Shown here: positions 46,476 through 55,985 of the stretch, in pieces | Position numbering within the stretch: the stretch's first letter is position 1 | Layout of the letters: every line of letters begins with the position of its first letter | DNA from: an uncultured Acidimicrobiaceae bacterium | GTDB taxonomy: Bacteria; Actinomycetota; Acidimicrobiia; Acidimicrobiales; RAAP-2 | Assembly: GCA_963737745.1 (NCBI GenBank) | Contig: CAVTTR010000005.1 | Span: 172,459 to 236,458 of the forward strand | Length of the DNA: 64,000 nucleotides | Direction: 5' to 3' | Made by a program: the position numbers and the translations under genes | Notes under the pieces: generated by a model | What the model was told of the DNA's origin: nothing | Databases searched by the model: none | The model's input: the letters and a program-made list of their open reading frames with translations, nothing else

Positions 46476-47416
46476 CCGCCGCCACCCCCGCGCCGCCATT
46501 GTGTCGGCAGATCCTGGGCGAAATAGCGACTGGTCACCGCGTCGCAGACCGACGAGATGGAACCCTGGAGGCGCTCGAGCCGGGTCCCGAGGCCACGAGA
46601 CAGGGAAGCAGGAGCGGAGTACTCAAGCTCGGCCCGGGCCAGGCCGACCAGGCCCCGGGCGTCCTCCCACGTGCCGTGGCGGCCCGAGTTGATCTTGTCC
46701 AGGCATTCCTCGGCCAGGGTCAGCGAGGCATAGGCCGAGCGCGGAAAGAGACGGTCCCGCAACAAGAAGTCCAGCACGCGCCCCGGCTCCACCACGCCCT
46801 GGGACAGCCGCAGGTACGGCTCGTACCCACCGCACGACCGCAACAACATGACCAATCCGCTGTCGAACACCTCGTCGAACTCGACCGTGGCCAGCTGGCG
46901 CGCCACCACGTCGGTCGTCTCGAGGCAGCGACCGAGGGTGAAGAACAACCACGTCTGGTCCCGGCTCATCATGGTGTCGGCCAGGCCGGTGATCCCCGCC
47001 ACCTGGCTCTTGACGAAGGAGAGATAGGGGGCCGGTCCGGCCCGGCGCGTGGCCTCCCACTGGAGGGGGAGGGCCGACCAGGTGGCGTTGATGTGCTCCC
47101 AGAACTCCACGGGCACCACGTGGCGGACGCCTCGCGTGTTCTCACGGGCAGCCGCCAAGGCTCCGGCAATGGAGGAGCGGCTCTTGGGATCCGTGGCCAG
47201 GCGCTCGGTTGCTTGCCACAGCGTCTCGTTCTCGTTGTCGGGCAGGCCCATCACCGCCAACAGGCGGCGGGCGGCGTGACCCCCTTCGGTGTCGCTCTGC
47301 TCCAGCGCCTGGAAAACGGACACGTCGAGAATGCGCGCCGTGCCCTCGGCCCGTTCGACGTAGCGCCCGACCCAGAAGATCGACTCGGCCACCCTGCTCA
47401 AGAGAGCCTGGGTCAC
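46472..47416 (-). CDS. Alpha-E domain protein (COG2307-type)
   Basis: VTQALLSRVAESIFWVGRYVERAEGTARILDV is the family N-terminus. The GTG at 47416 overlaps the TGA of the upstream gene (GTGA). The longer 436-aa ORF in the track is an artefactual extension. Confidence 0.85.
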   Translation of the reverse strand: MTQALLSRVAESIFWVGRYVERAEGTARILDVSVFQALEQSDTEGGHAARRLLAVMGLPDNENETLWQATERLATDPKSRSSIAGALAAARENTRGVRHVVPVEFWEHINATWSALPLQWEATRRAGPAPYLSFVKSQVAGITGLADTMMSRDQTWLFFTLGRCLETTDVVARQLATVEFDEVFDSGLVMLLRSCGGYEPYLRLSQGVVEPGRVLDFLLRDRLFPRSAYASLTLAEECLDKINSGRHGTWEDARGLVGLARAELEYSAPASLSRGLGTRLERLQGSISSVCDAVTSRYFAQDLPTQWRRGGGGG

Positions 47417-49074
47417 GACTGTCGACCCTGTTGCTGCTGCTGTTGCTGCTGTTGCTGTTGTTGGTTGCGATTCTCGGAGTCCTCGCCCGGCCCGGCGTCC
47501 ATCGGTGGGCTGGCATTGACCGTGGGCGCCTGGCGGGGGGGCAGCACCGGCGTGGGGGGGCCTCCCCCGACCACCCAGGTGTCCTTGGAGCCGCCGCCCT
47601 GACTGGAGTTGACGACCAGGCCGCCTTCTTGGAGGGCCACCCGGGTCAGTCCCCCCGGGAGGACCCATACGTTCTCGCCGTCGTTGACGGCAAAGGGGCG
47701 CAGGTCCACATGGCGCCGCACCATTTCCCCATCCACCCAGGTGGGAGAGGTGGACAGGGCGACCACGCGCTGGGCGATCCACTGGCGAGGAGCATCCTCG
47801 ACCTCGAGGGCGAGCTGGTCCAATTCGCTGCCCGTCGCCGCGGTGCCAATGACCAATCCCTTGCCGCCCGAACCGTCAACCCGCTTGAAGACGAGCTCGT
47901 CGCGCCGGGCCAGCGCATCGGCCCGTACCGCTCTGTCCTGGAGATGCATCGTCTCCACGTTCTGCAGGATCGGATCTTCGCTCAGGTAGTACTTGATCAT
48001 GGCCGGGACGTAGGCGTAGACGAGCTTGTCGTCGGCCACGCCGTTGCCGACCCCGTTGGTGATGGTGACGCGACCGGCCCGGGCTGCGTTGACCACGCCG
48101 GGACAGCCGACCAACGACTCCGGCCGGAATTGCAGCGGGTCGAGGTAGTCGTCGTCGATGCGCCGGTAGATGACGTGGACCGGAACCTCACCTTCGGTCG
48201 TGCGCAGGAACACCTCGGTCCCGTGCGTGACCAGGTCGCGGCCCTCGACCAGATGCACGCCCATCAGGCGGGCCAGGAGAGCATGCTCGTAGAAGGCGGA
48301 GTTGTGCACACCCGGCGTGAGAACCACCACGGTGGGATCCTGCACCCCCGTCGGCGCCGCCCGGCGCAGGGCATGGATGAGATGGGCCGGGTAGTCCGTC
48401 ACCATCTGAATCGGCTGGCCCCAGAAGAGCTCGGGCAGGACGCGCGCCATGGCGGCGCGGTTGGCCAGGACGTAGCTCACCCCGGAGGGACTCCGGACGT
48501 TGTCCTCCAGGACGCGGAACTCGCCCTCCTCGTCGCGGATGACGTCAATACCGGCCACGTGGATGCGCACACCGTTGGGCGGGGTGAGGCCGAAGGCGGC
48601 CCGGACGAAGCCAGGCGAGCTGGTGATGACCTCGTGCGGGATCAATCCGTCGCTGACGATGCGGGCGGCGCCGTAGACGTCGGCCAGGAATGCCTCCAGG
48701 GCGCGTACCCGCTGGGCCACCCCGGTCGAGACCTCCTTCCATTCCCCGGCGGTGAAGATGCGGGGGACGACGTCGAGGGGGAAGGGGCGCTCCTCACCAT
48801 CGAGGTCGAACGTGACCCCTTGATCCATGAAGGCCCGGGCCAGGCGTGTGCCGCGGGCCGAGACGTCCTCGGGTCCCATTTGCGACAACGATGAGGCCAC
48901 GCCGGCATACGGTGAGCGGGTCGTGCCGTCGTGGCCGACCATTTCGTCAAAGGCAGCCCTCGTCAGGCCATGTGCGGCCTCCCCATAGCCATCGAACAGA
49001 TCGCCCACTCCCCTCACCCTTACAGCCTTGTGTTTCGCCGGGGTTTCATGGGCGCGAACGGTCGATGACACCAC
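47413..49074 (-). CDS. Circularly permuted ATP-grasp (type 2) protein with a C-terminal Pro-rich linker and a Q12 tract
   Basis: ...ERPFPLDVVPRI...GIDVIRDEEGEFRVLEDNVRSPSGVSY...VLTPG..NSAFYEH..LA..MG..LVEGRDL...VIYRR.DD.YLDP are family-typical. The tail is ..NRNQQQQQQQQQQQQGRQS. Confidence 0.85.
   Translation of the reverse strand: MVSSTVRAHETPAKHKAVRVRGVGDLFDGYGEAAHGLTRAAFDEMVGHDGTTRSPYAGVASSLSQMGPEDVSARGTRLARAFMDQGVTFDLDGEERPFPLDVVPRIFTAGEWKEVSTGVAQRVRALEAFLADVYGAARIVSDGLIPHEVITSSPGFVRAAFGLTPPNGVRIHVAGIDVIRDEEGEFRVLEDNVRSPSGVSYVLANRAAMARVLPELFWGQPIQMVTDYPAHLIHALRRAAPTGVQDPTVVVLTPGVHNSAFYEHALLARLMGVHLVEGRDLVTHGTEVFLRTTEGEVPVHVIYRRIDDDYLDPLQFRPESLVGCPGVVNAARAGRVTITNGVGNGVADDKLVYAYVPAMIKYYLSEDPILQNVETMHLQDRAVRADALARRDELVFKRVDGSGGKGLVIGTAATGSELDQLALEVEDAPRQWIAQRVVALSTSPTWVDGEMVRRHVDLRPFAVNDGENVWVLPGGLTRVALQEGGLVVNSSQGGGSKDTWVVGGGPPTPVLPPRQAPTVNASPPMDAGPGEDSENRNQQQQQQQQQQQQGRQS
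47428..47463 (-). repeat. Imperfect CAG/CAA trinucleotide run encoding 12 consecutive Gln
   Basis: Plus strand: CTG TTG CTG CTG CTG TTG CTG CTG TTG CTG TTG TTG. Confidence 0.9.
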
Positions 49075-49104
49075 GACGACGAGGAAGAAAGGCCCTCGCT
49101 CCGA

Positions 49105-50106
49105 TCACTCGATGAGGCCGAGCTCCCGCACGTCGTTGCGCTCTCCCAGCAGCTCCTCGGTGGTGATGGCGATTCGGTCCCGCGCGAAGTCGTCGTGGGC
49201 GAAGTTCTCGGCCACCGACCAGTTCCCCTGGCCGTCGGAGATGATCGGGAAGCCGAACTGGAGGCCTTCGGGCGTGCCGTACTGCCCCGAACTGGCCACC
49301 GCCACCGAGGTGCAGTCGCCCGCCGCCGTGTTGGTGCGCAGCGAAACGACGGTGTCGATGGCGGCCGAAGCCGCGGAGGCGGCGGATGACGAACCCCTGG
49401 CTTCGATGATGGCCGCGCCGCGCTTTTGCACGGTGGTGATGAAGTCGCCCTGGAGCCACTCGCTATCGGTGATGACCTCGGTGGCCGGTCGCCCGTCGAT
49501 ACGGGCGTTGGCGAAGTCGGGGAACTGCGTGGCTGAGTGGTTGCCCCAGATGGCCACGTTGGTCACCGATCCGACCGGTGCCGCCGCCTTGTGGGCCAGC
49601 TGGGCCTTGGCCCGGTTCTCATCGAGCTTGGTCATGGCGAACCAGCGATCGGCCGGAACCTCGGGCGCATTCGAGCGGGCGATGAGGCAGTTGGTGTTGC
49701 AGGGGTTGCCCACGACCAGGATTCGCACGTCAGAGGCGGCGTTCTCGGCGATGGCCCGGCCTTGGGGCTTGAAGATGCCACCGTTGACACTGAGCAGGTC
49801 GCCGCGCTCCATGCCGGCCTTGCGGGGGACGGAGCCGACCAGGAGGGCCCATGACGTGCCGTCGAAGGCGGTCTTGAGATCGGAGGTGGCCACGATGTCG
49901 GTGACCAGTGGGTAGGCCCCGTCGTCGATCTCCATGACGACGCCCTCGAGCACCCCCAGAGCAGGCTCGATCTCGAGGAGACGCAGGACAATGGGTTGAT
50001 CCTCACCGAGCAGCTGGCCCGAGGCGATGCGGAAGAGGAGCGAGTAGCCGATCTGGCCGGCGGCGCCGGTGACGGTGACGTGCATGGGGGTCTTTTGGTC
50101 TGCCAT
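49105..50106 (-). CDS. mdh: Malate dehydrogenase
   Basis: [35 protein letters not shown], 333 aa. Confidence 0.92.
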   Translation of the reverse strand: MADQKTPMHVTVTGAAGQIGYSLLFRIASGQLLGEDQPIVLRLLEIEPALGVLEGVVMEIDDGAYPLVTDIVATSDLKTAFDGTSWALLVGSVPRKAGMERGDLLSVNGGIFKPQGRAIAENAASDVRILVVGNPCNTNCLIARSNAPEVPADRWFAMTKLDENRAKAQLAHKAAAPVGSVTNVAIWGNHSATQFPDFANARIDGRPATEVITDSEWLQGDFITTVQKRGAAIIEARGSSSAASAASAAIDTVVSLRTNTAAGDCTSVAVASSGQYGTPEGLQFGFPIISDGQGNWSVAENFAHDDFARDRIAITTEELLGERNDVRELGLIE

Positions 50107-50140
50107 GGGGTGCGGTTCCTTTCTCAGAGAGAGTCGAGGA

Positions 50141-51337
50141 TCAGAGACGGTCGACGATGGCGGAGGCGAACTCGGAGCACTTGACCTCGGTGGCGCCCTG
50201 CATCTGGCGGGCGAAGTCGTAGGTGACGATCTTGTCGGCGATGGTGGCTTCGAGGGCCCGCACGATGTCGTTCGCCGCCTCCTGCCAGCCGAGGTGCTCG
50301 TACATGAGGACTCCCGAGAGCAGCACCGAGCCGGGGTTCACCTTGTCCTGGCCGGCGTATTTCGGCGCCGTCCCGTGCGTGGCCTCGAAGATGCCATGGC
50401 CCGAGACGTAGTTGATGTTGGCGCCGGGGGCGATGCCGATGCCACCGACCTGGGCCGCCAGCGCGTCGGAGAGGTAGTCGCCATTGAGGTTGGTGGTGGC
50501 GATGACGTCGAACTCCGAGGGTCGGGTGAGGACCTGCTGCAGGGTGATATCGGCGATGGAATCCTTGACGAGCAACTTGTCGCCGGCGTCCCCTCCGCAG
50601 TCGTCCCAGCCCACCGCCTCGTTGGCGAACTCCTCGCGCACCAGCTCGTAGCCCCAGTTCATGAAGGCTCCTTCGGTGAACTTCTGGATGTTGCCCTTGT
50701 GGACCATGGTGACCGACTGACGCCCGTGTTCGAGGGCGTATTTGATGGCCGCCCGGATGAGGCGCTTGGACCCGAATTCCGAGATGGGCTTGATGCCGAT
50801 CCCCGAGCCGTCACGGACCGGCCAGCCCATCTCGTCACGCAGGAAGGTCATCAGCTTGAGCGCCTCGGGCGTCCCCTCCTGCACCTCGTAACCGGCGTAG
50901 ATGTCCTCGGTGTTCTCCCGGAAAATGACCATGTCGACCAACTCGGGGTGCAGGACCGGCGAGGGCACGCCGGTGAACCAGCGCACGGGGCGCAGACACA
51001 CGTAAAGGTCCAGGATCTGGCGTAGGGCCACGTTGAGAGAGCGGATGCCCCCACCGATCGGCGTGGTCAAGGGACCTTTGATGCCGATCAAGTGCTCCCG
51101 GAAGCTCTCGACCGTTTCGTCGGGGAGCCAGTTCCCGGTCTCGTCGAAGGCCTTCTGGCCGGCCAACACTTCTTTCCAGGCCACCTTGTTTCCGTGCTTG
51201 GCCGCTGCGGCATCGAGCACGAGCTTGGCTGCGGGCCAAATATCGACCCCCGTGCCGTCGCCCTCGATGAAAGGGATGATCGGTTCTTCGGAGACGTGGA
51301 GGGCACCGTCAGCGCCCATGGTGATTTTCTCTGGCAT
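50141..51337 (-). CDS. icd: NADP-dependent isocitrate dehydrogenase (homodimeric type)
   Basis: [65 protein letters not shown]. Confidence 0.92.
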   Translation of the reverse strand: MPEKITMGADGALHVSEEPIIPFIEGDGTGVDIWPAAKLVLDAAAAKHGNKVAWKEVLAGQKAFDETGNWLPDETVESFREHLIGIKGPLTTPIGGGIRSLNVALRQILDLYVCLRPVRWFTGVPSPVLHPELVDMVIFRENTEDIYAGYEVQEGTPEALKLMTFLRDEMGWPVRDGSGIGIKPISEFGSKRLIRAAIKYALEHGRQSVTMVHKGNIQKFTEGAFMNWGYELVREEFANEAVGWDDCGGDAGDKLLVKDSIADITLQQVLTRPSEFDVIATTNLNGDYLSDALAAQVGGIGIAPGANINYVSGHGIFEATHGTAPKYAGQDKVNPGSVLLSGVLMYEHLGWQEAANDIVRALEATIADKIVTYDFARQMQGATEVKCSEFASAIVDRL

Positions 51338-51450
51338 TTCTTCGATGCTAGGGGGTGGCCGGGCGGTGTCCCAATTGAGTTGCCCCGCCGCACCCGGTCA
51401 GAACGAGTTATAGGCGCGTGTACGAATTCGGTTATACGGTGATTCGAGCC

Positions 51451-52329
51451 TCAGCCCGTGGCCGAGAGTGACGGGCCGAGGCCGAGGGCGGCATAGATCT
51501 CCCGGGTCGCGCTGGAGGTGTTGAAGGTGTAGAAGTGCAGGCCGGGCACGCCGAGTTTGAGCAGATCGGCGCACAGTTCGGTCGCGGGCCTCACCCCTTC
51601 GCTTCGGACGGCCTCCGCCCCGCCGCTGTCATGAGCCGCCTGAAGGCGGTCCGTCATCCACGTGGGTGCGGCGGCGCCCATGGCACCGAGACGCCCCATG
51701 GTGCTCAGGGATGTCACGGGCAGGATTCCTGGCAGAACCGGTCTTCGGACCCCACGATCCTGCAGATCCGCCACGAGGCCCTCGTACGCGGACGCCTCAA
51801 AGAAGAATTGGGTGATTCCGAAGTCGGCCATCTCCAACTTGGCGGCCAGGAAGTCGCGGTCGCTCCGGCTATCGGGCGAACGGGGATGCCCCGCCGGGTG
51901 GGCCGCCACACCGATGGAGAACCCACCGATGGCACGGGCCAGTTCCACCAGCTCGCCCGCGTAGGCCAGCTCGCCGGGTCCGGCGTCAGGGTTGGCCGGG
52001 GGGTCGCCGCCGAGAGCCATGAGGTTCTCGACGCCGGCCTTGCGGAGGGTGACCAAGATGTCGGCCAGCTCCAGTCTGGTGTGCGCCACACAGATGAGGT
52101 GCGCCATAGGGTTGAGTGCGGTGGTGTGCAACATGCCGCTCACCAGGTCCAACGTGCGCTGCCGCGACGCCGCCCCACCCCGGTAGGTGACCGAGACGAA
52201 CGAGGGGCTGAGTGGCTGCAGTTCGCCGATGGTGCGGGCCAGTGTGGCCAGCTCAGCGTCGTTTTTCGGAGGGAAGAACTCGAAGGAGTATGTCTGCCCG
52301 GTCGCCAGCAGGTCGGCGATTTTGGTCAT
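51451..52329 (-). CDS. metF: Methylenetetrahydrofolate reductase
   Basis: YSFEFFPPKN, VSVTYRGGA, ITQFFFE. The ATG overlaps the cupin gene stop (ATGA). Confidence 0.88.
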   Translation of the reverse strand: MTKIADLLATGQTYSFEFFPPKNDAELATLARTIGELQPLSPSFVSVTYRGGAASRQRTLDLVSGMLHTTALNPMAHLICVAHTRLELADILVTLRKAGVENLMALGGDPPANPDAGPGELAYAGELVELARAIGGFSIGVAAHPAGHPRSPDSRSDRDFLAAKLEMADFGITQFFFEASAYEGLVADLQDRGVRRPVLPGILPVTSLSTMGRLGAMGAAAPTWMTDRLQAAHDSGGAEAVRSEGVRPATELCADLLKLGVPGLHFYTFNTSSATREIYAALGLGPSLSATG

Positions 52330-52703
52330 GCCCCGGCGGCGGTCCCGGCGTCAACCCGACCGAAGTCGTCTTCGAGCCGCACGATGTCGTCCTCGCCGAA
52401 GTAGGTCCCGTGCTGCACCTCAATGAAGACGACGTCGTCCACCCCTTCATTGGCCATACGGTGGGCGGCCCCCATGGGGATGTCGATGGCCTGGCCCGGC
52501 GCAAGCTCGGTCACCACACCTTCGAGGGTGACGGTTCCCGTGCCCGCCACCATGAACCAGTGCTCGGCCCGCTGGGCATGACGCTGATAGCTCAGACGCT
52601 TGCCCGGGTGCACCACGATGCGCTTGACCTTGTGGTCAGGCGCATCGTCGCTCAGGACCGTGTAGTTGCCCCATGGGCGCTCTGAGAATTCGCCGTCCGG
52701 CAT
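52326..52703 (-). CDS. Cupin-domain protein (mannose-6-phosphate isomerase type II C-terminal-like)
   Basis: ERPWGNYTVL..KVKRIVVHPGKRLSYQRHAQRAEHWFMV.G...V..G. Start set at ATG 52703, 1 nt after the folD stop. Confidence 0.7.
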   Translation of the reverse strand: MPDGEFSERPWGNYTVLSDDAPDHKVKRIVVHPGKRLSYQRHAQRAEHWFMVAGTGTVTLEGVVTELAPGQAIDIPMGAAHRMANEGVDDVVFIEVQHGTYFGEDDIVRLEDDFGRVDAGTAAGA

Positions 52704-52704
52704 G

Positions 52705-53565
52705 TCAGGCCGCTCGCTCGGCCGCACGCACTGCGTTGCGCAAGAGCATGGCCCGGGTCATGGGACCGACTCCGCCCAGGCGTGGGGTGATCCAGCCGGC
52801 TACCTCGGCCACGTCCTCATGCACATCGGAGAGGAGTTTCCTGCCCGCCCAGCTGGTGCCTGCCCCGACGACGGCGGCACCCGGCTTGATCATGTCGGGC
52901 GTGACCAGGCCGGCCCGGCCGGCAGCGGCCACCACCACGTCGCCGGTGCGCACGATATCGGCCAGCGTGGCGTCGTCGACCCCGGTGTGCACGACGGTCA
53001 CGGCGGCGTTGCAGCCGGGGCGCTTGGCCGCCAGGAGGAGCGAGAGCGGACGGCCGATGGTCAGGCCCCGACCGATGATCACGACATGACGACCTTCCAC
53101 CGGGACATCGTAGGCATGAAGCAGGTCGACGATGCCGGCCGGCGTGCAGGGCAACGGGCCCGGGGCGCTCATGACCAGGCGGCCCAGGTTCGTCGGGTGC
53201 AAGCCGTCCACGTCCTTGTCCGGGTCGACCGCAAGCAACGTACGCTCCTCGTCCAGACCCTCGGGCAAGGGCAACTGCACGAGATAGGCGTTGACCGCCG
53301 GATCAGCGTTGAAGCGGCGCACCACTTCTTCGACCTGAGCCTGCGTGGCGCTGGCCGGCAGTTGCTCTCCGACCGAGACCATCCCGACCTCGGCACAGTC
53401 GGCGTGCTTCATGGCCACATAGCGCTCGCTGGGGCCGTCGTCGCCGACCAGAATCGTGCCCAGGCCCACGGAGACGCCCTCGCTGGCCAGGCGCGCCACG
53501 CGATCGGCCACCTCGGCCCGGGCCCGAGCTGCCACCGCTTCTCCGTCAAGCAGGATCGCCGTCAT
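52705..53565 (-). CDS. folD: Bifunctional methylenetetrahydrofolate dehydrogenase / methenyl-THF cyclohydrolase
   Basis: LDGEAVA..., YV.MK...[39 protein letters not shown]. Confidence 0.92.
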   Translation of the reverse strand: MTAILLDGEAVAARARAEVADRVARLASEGVSVGLGTILVGDDGPSERYVAMKHADCAEVGMVSVGEQLPASATQAQVEEVVRRFNADPAVNAYLVQLPLPEGLDEERTLLAVDPDKDVDGLHPTNLGRLVMSAPGPLPCTPAGIVDLLHAYDVPVEGRHVVIIGRGLTIGRPLSLLLAAKRPGCNAAVTVVHTGVDDATLADIVRTGDVVVAAAGRAGLVTPDMIKPGAAVVGAGTSWAGRKLLSDVHEDVAEVAGWITPRLGGVGPMTRAMLLRNAVRAAERAA

Positions 53566-53592
53566 TGGTTTGCCGTCATCGGTTCGCCGCCA

Positions 53593-55146
53593 TCAGTGCC
53601 GGAAGTGCCGCTCGCCGGTGACCACCATGGCCAGACCCGCTTCGTCGGCAGCGGCGGTGACTTCCCCGTCCCTGACCGAGCCGCCGGGTTGGACGACGGC
53701 GGTCACACCGGCGGTCGCCAGCACCACCAACCCATCGGGGAACGGGAAGAAGGCGTCACTTGCTCCAGCCCCACCCTTCGCCTTCTCTCCGGCCTTGCGC
53801 ACTGCTATTTCGGCTGCCACCACGCGCGACTGCTGGCCCGCGCCGACCCCGACCGCCTGTCCGTCGGTCACGATGGCGATGGCGTTGGACGTGGTCCGGC
53901 CGCAGACGCGCCAGGCCAGGACCAGGTCACGCCACTCCTCGTCGGTCGGCTGGCGCTTCGTCACGACGCTCCAATCGGCGCGGGGCGAGACGTAGTCGTC
54001 GATATCCTGCACCAGCACGCTCGAGCCGAGGCTGCGCAATTGACGCACCGCTCGCTCGGGCGGCGGACCCGAAAGCAGCCGGGTGGCCTTGCGCCGGGTC
54101 GTCAATCTCTCCAGTGCCGCCTGCTCGTAGGACGCAGCGATGATCACGTCGGCCTGGGGCCCGGCGGCCACGGCATCGGCCAAGGCCTCGGTCACCACCC
54201 CGCCGATGGCCACCACCCCGCCGAAGGCGGATTGCACGTCGCACTCGAGCGCCCGCTCGTAGGCGGTGACCAGATCGTCGGCCACCGCAGCGCCGCACGG
54301 GTTGGCGTGCTTGATGATGGCCACCGCCGGCTGTCCGGCGTCGTGCGAGAGCTCGTGCACCAGGCGCCAGGCCGCGTCACCGTCGAACAGGTTGAGGTAC
54401 GACAGTTCCTTCCCGCCGTGCTGCTCGAGGTCGTCCCACCAGCTGCGCGTGCCCGCCGTGCGGTAGCGGGCCCCGCGCTGATGCGGGTTCTCGCCATAGC
54501 GCAGGACCGTGGCGCGCTCGAGGGTGAGATGAAGCGTGGGGGGTAACACGGCGCCCAGGGCCAACTCGTCGGGGTCGGCGCCCGCCACGGGCGAGGGCCC
54601 ACCCGTATCGAGCCAGGCCACGATGGCCGCGTCATAGGCCGCGGTGTGGGCGAAGGCCGCCCGGGCCAGCCGTCGACGCGTGGCCTCGGACAACGAGCCG
54701 GCCTGGCGCAGTTCGGCCAATACCTCGGCATAGTCGCCGGGCGAGGTGACGATGCCCACATGGGCGTGGTTCTTGGCCGCGCTGCGGACCATGGAGGGGC
54801 CGCCAATATCGATCAACTCAATGGATGGGTCCGAGGAGAACGGATACAGATTGGTGACCACCAGGTCGATGGCCTCGATCCCATTGGCTTCGAGATCGGC
54901 CATGTGGCCGGGCACGTCGCGGTCGGCCAGGATCCCACCATGGATCTTCGGGTGCAGGGTCTTGACCCGCCCGCCCAACATTTCGGGTGAGCCGGTGACC
55001 TCAGCCACTTGCAGATGGGCGATGCCGGCCTCGGAGAGCGCGGCGGCGGTGTTGCCACTGGCTACCAACTCCCAACCCAGGTCAGCCAGGCCCTGGGCCA
55101 GGTCGATCAGCCCCTCCTTGTCGTATACCGACAACAACGCCCTCAC
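53593..55146 (-). CDS. purH: Bifunctional AICAR transformylase / IMP cyclohydrolase
   Basis: RALLSVYDKEGL, GGRVKTLHPKIHGGIL, IIKHANPCG, SDAFFPF.D. 517 aa. Confidence 0.95.
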   Translation of the reverse strand: MRALLSVYDKEGLIDLAQGLADLGWELVASGNTAAALSEAGIAHLQVAEVTGSPEMLGGRVKTLHPKIHGGILADRDVPGHMADLEANGIEAIDLVVTNLYPFSSDPSIELIDIGGPSMVRSAAKNHAHVGIVTSPGDYAEVLAELRQAGSLSEATRRRLARAAFAHTAAYDAAIVAWLDTGGPSPVAGADPDELALGAVLPPTLHLTLERATVLRYGENPHQRGARYRTAGTRSWWDDLEQHGGKELSYLNLFDGDAAWRLVHELSHDAGQPAVAIIKHANPCGAAVADDLVTAYERALECDVQSAFGGVVAIGGVVTEALADAVAAGPQADVIIAASYEQAALERLTTRRKATRLLSGPPPERAVRQLRSLGSSVLVQDIDDYVSPRADWSVVTKRQPTDEEWRDLVLAWRVCGRTTSNAIAIVTDGQAVGVGAGQQSRVVAAEIAVRKAGEKAKGGAGASDAFFPFPDGLVVLATAGVTAVVQPGGSVRDGEVTAAADEAGLAMVVTGERHFRH

Positions 55147-55158
55147 TCGGTCATCTCC

Positions 55159-55797
55159 TCACTGCGCATGCGCGCCACTCGCTGGTAGCGCCGACAGCGC
55201 CGGTGGTTCAATCGATCGTCCTGCTTCGAGCTCGCCCAGGGCCCAGGCCACGGTGGCAGGGTACAGGCGACGCTCGGCCACCTTGATGCGTTCGTGCAAC
55301 GTCTCCTCGGTGTCGTCCGGCCGCACCGGCACCACCTGCTGGGCCAGGATCGGGCCGGCATCCATGTCGAGCGTGGCCAGGTGCACGGTACACCCGGTCT
55401 CCTTCACGCCGGCGGCGAGCGCGTCGCGCACGCCGTGCCAGCCCGGAAAGGCCGGGAGCAGCGCCGGATGCGTGTTCAAGATACGGCCGGGGAAGCCATT
55501 GTGCACCGCCTGCGACAGCACGGTGCCGAAGCCGGCCATGGCGACCAGGTCCAACCGGTGAGCCAGCAGCGTCTCTGTCACCGCGGCCGTGTAGGCGGCG
55601 CGATCGAACGAAGGGCTGAATCCGCCATAACCGTGCCGATCGACCAGCTCGGCGGCCGCCCCATGGGACCGGGCCAGTTCGAGGCCGGCACACGGCCGGT
55701 CAGAGAGAACGACGGCCACCGGGAGCCCGCGTTCGAACATGGCTTCGAGGATCGTCCCACTTCCCGAGACAAGGACACCCAGCCGCACCTCGGTCAC
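55159..55797 (-). CDS. purN: Phosphoribosylglycinamide formyltransferase
   Basis: LGVLVSGSGTILEAM, RILNTHPALLPAFPG, TGCTVHLATLDMDAGPILAQ. Confidence 0.9.
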   Translation of the reverse strand: MTEVRLGVLVSGSGTILEAMFERGLPVAVVLSDRPCAGLELARSHGAAAELVDRHGYGGFSPSFDRAAYTAAVTETLLAHRLDLVAMAGFGTVLSQAVHNGFPGRILNTHPALLPAFPGWHGVRDALAAGVKETGCTVHLATLDMDAGPILAQQVVPVRPDDTEETLHERIKVAERRLYPATVAWALGELEAGRSIEPPALSALPASGAHAQ

Positions 55798-55985
55798 GCT
55801 AGCAATGGCGGGCCCGGCCTCGGTTCCTGGGTCGGACGCCCTGAAGTGCGCGTCTGAACGAAGCCTCGCGGCGCCTCGATGACGGAGATGGGACGGTTCC
55901 GTTTAGGTCCAGTGCGATAACCGAACGGGTCCGTATGCTTTCGCGTAAACCATGTGTCGGCGCTCTGCTCGGGCGCCCGTCCCAG

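Noticed and set aside
46472-47782. 436-aa version of the alpha-E ORF with a roughly 120-aa Arg/Gly/Pro-rich N-terminus.
   Set aside because: The family N-terminus (VTQALLSRVAESIFWVGRYVERAEG) starts at GTG 47416, overlapping the upstream stop. The extension overlaps the ATG-grasp gene's neighbour, the ATP-grasp gene, out of frame.
55798-55985. Possible ZTP (pfl) riboswitch upstream of purN-purH-folD.
   Set aside because: On the minus strand I found neither the UGGCG-containing 5' subdomain nor the CCGCCUGGGC 3' element. Only vague GC-rich hairpins are present.
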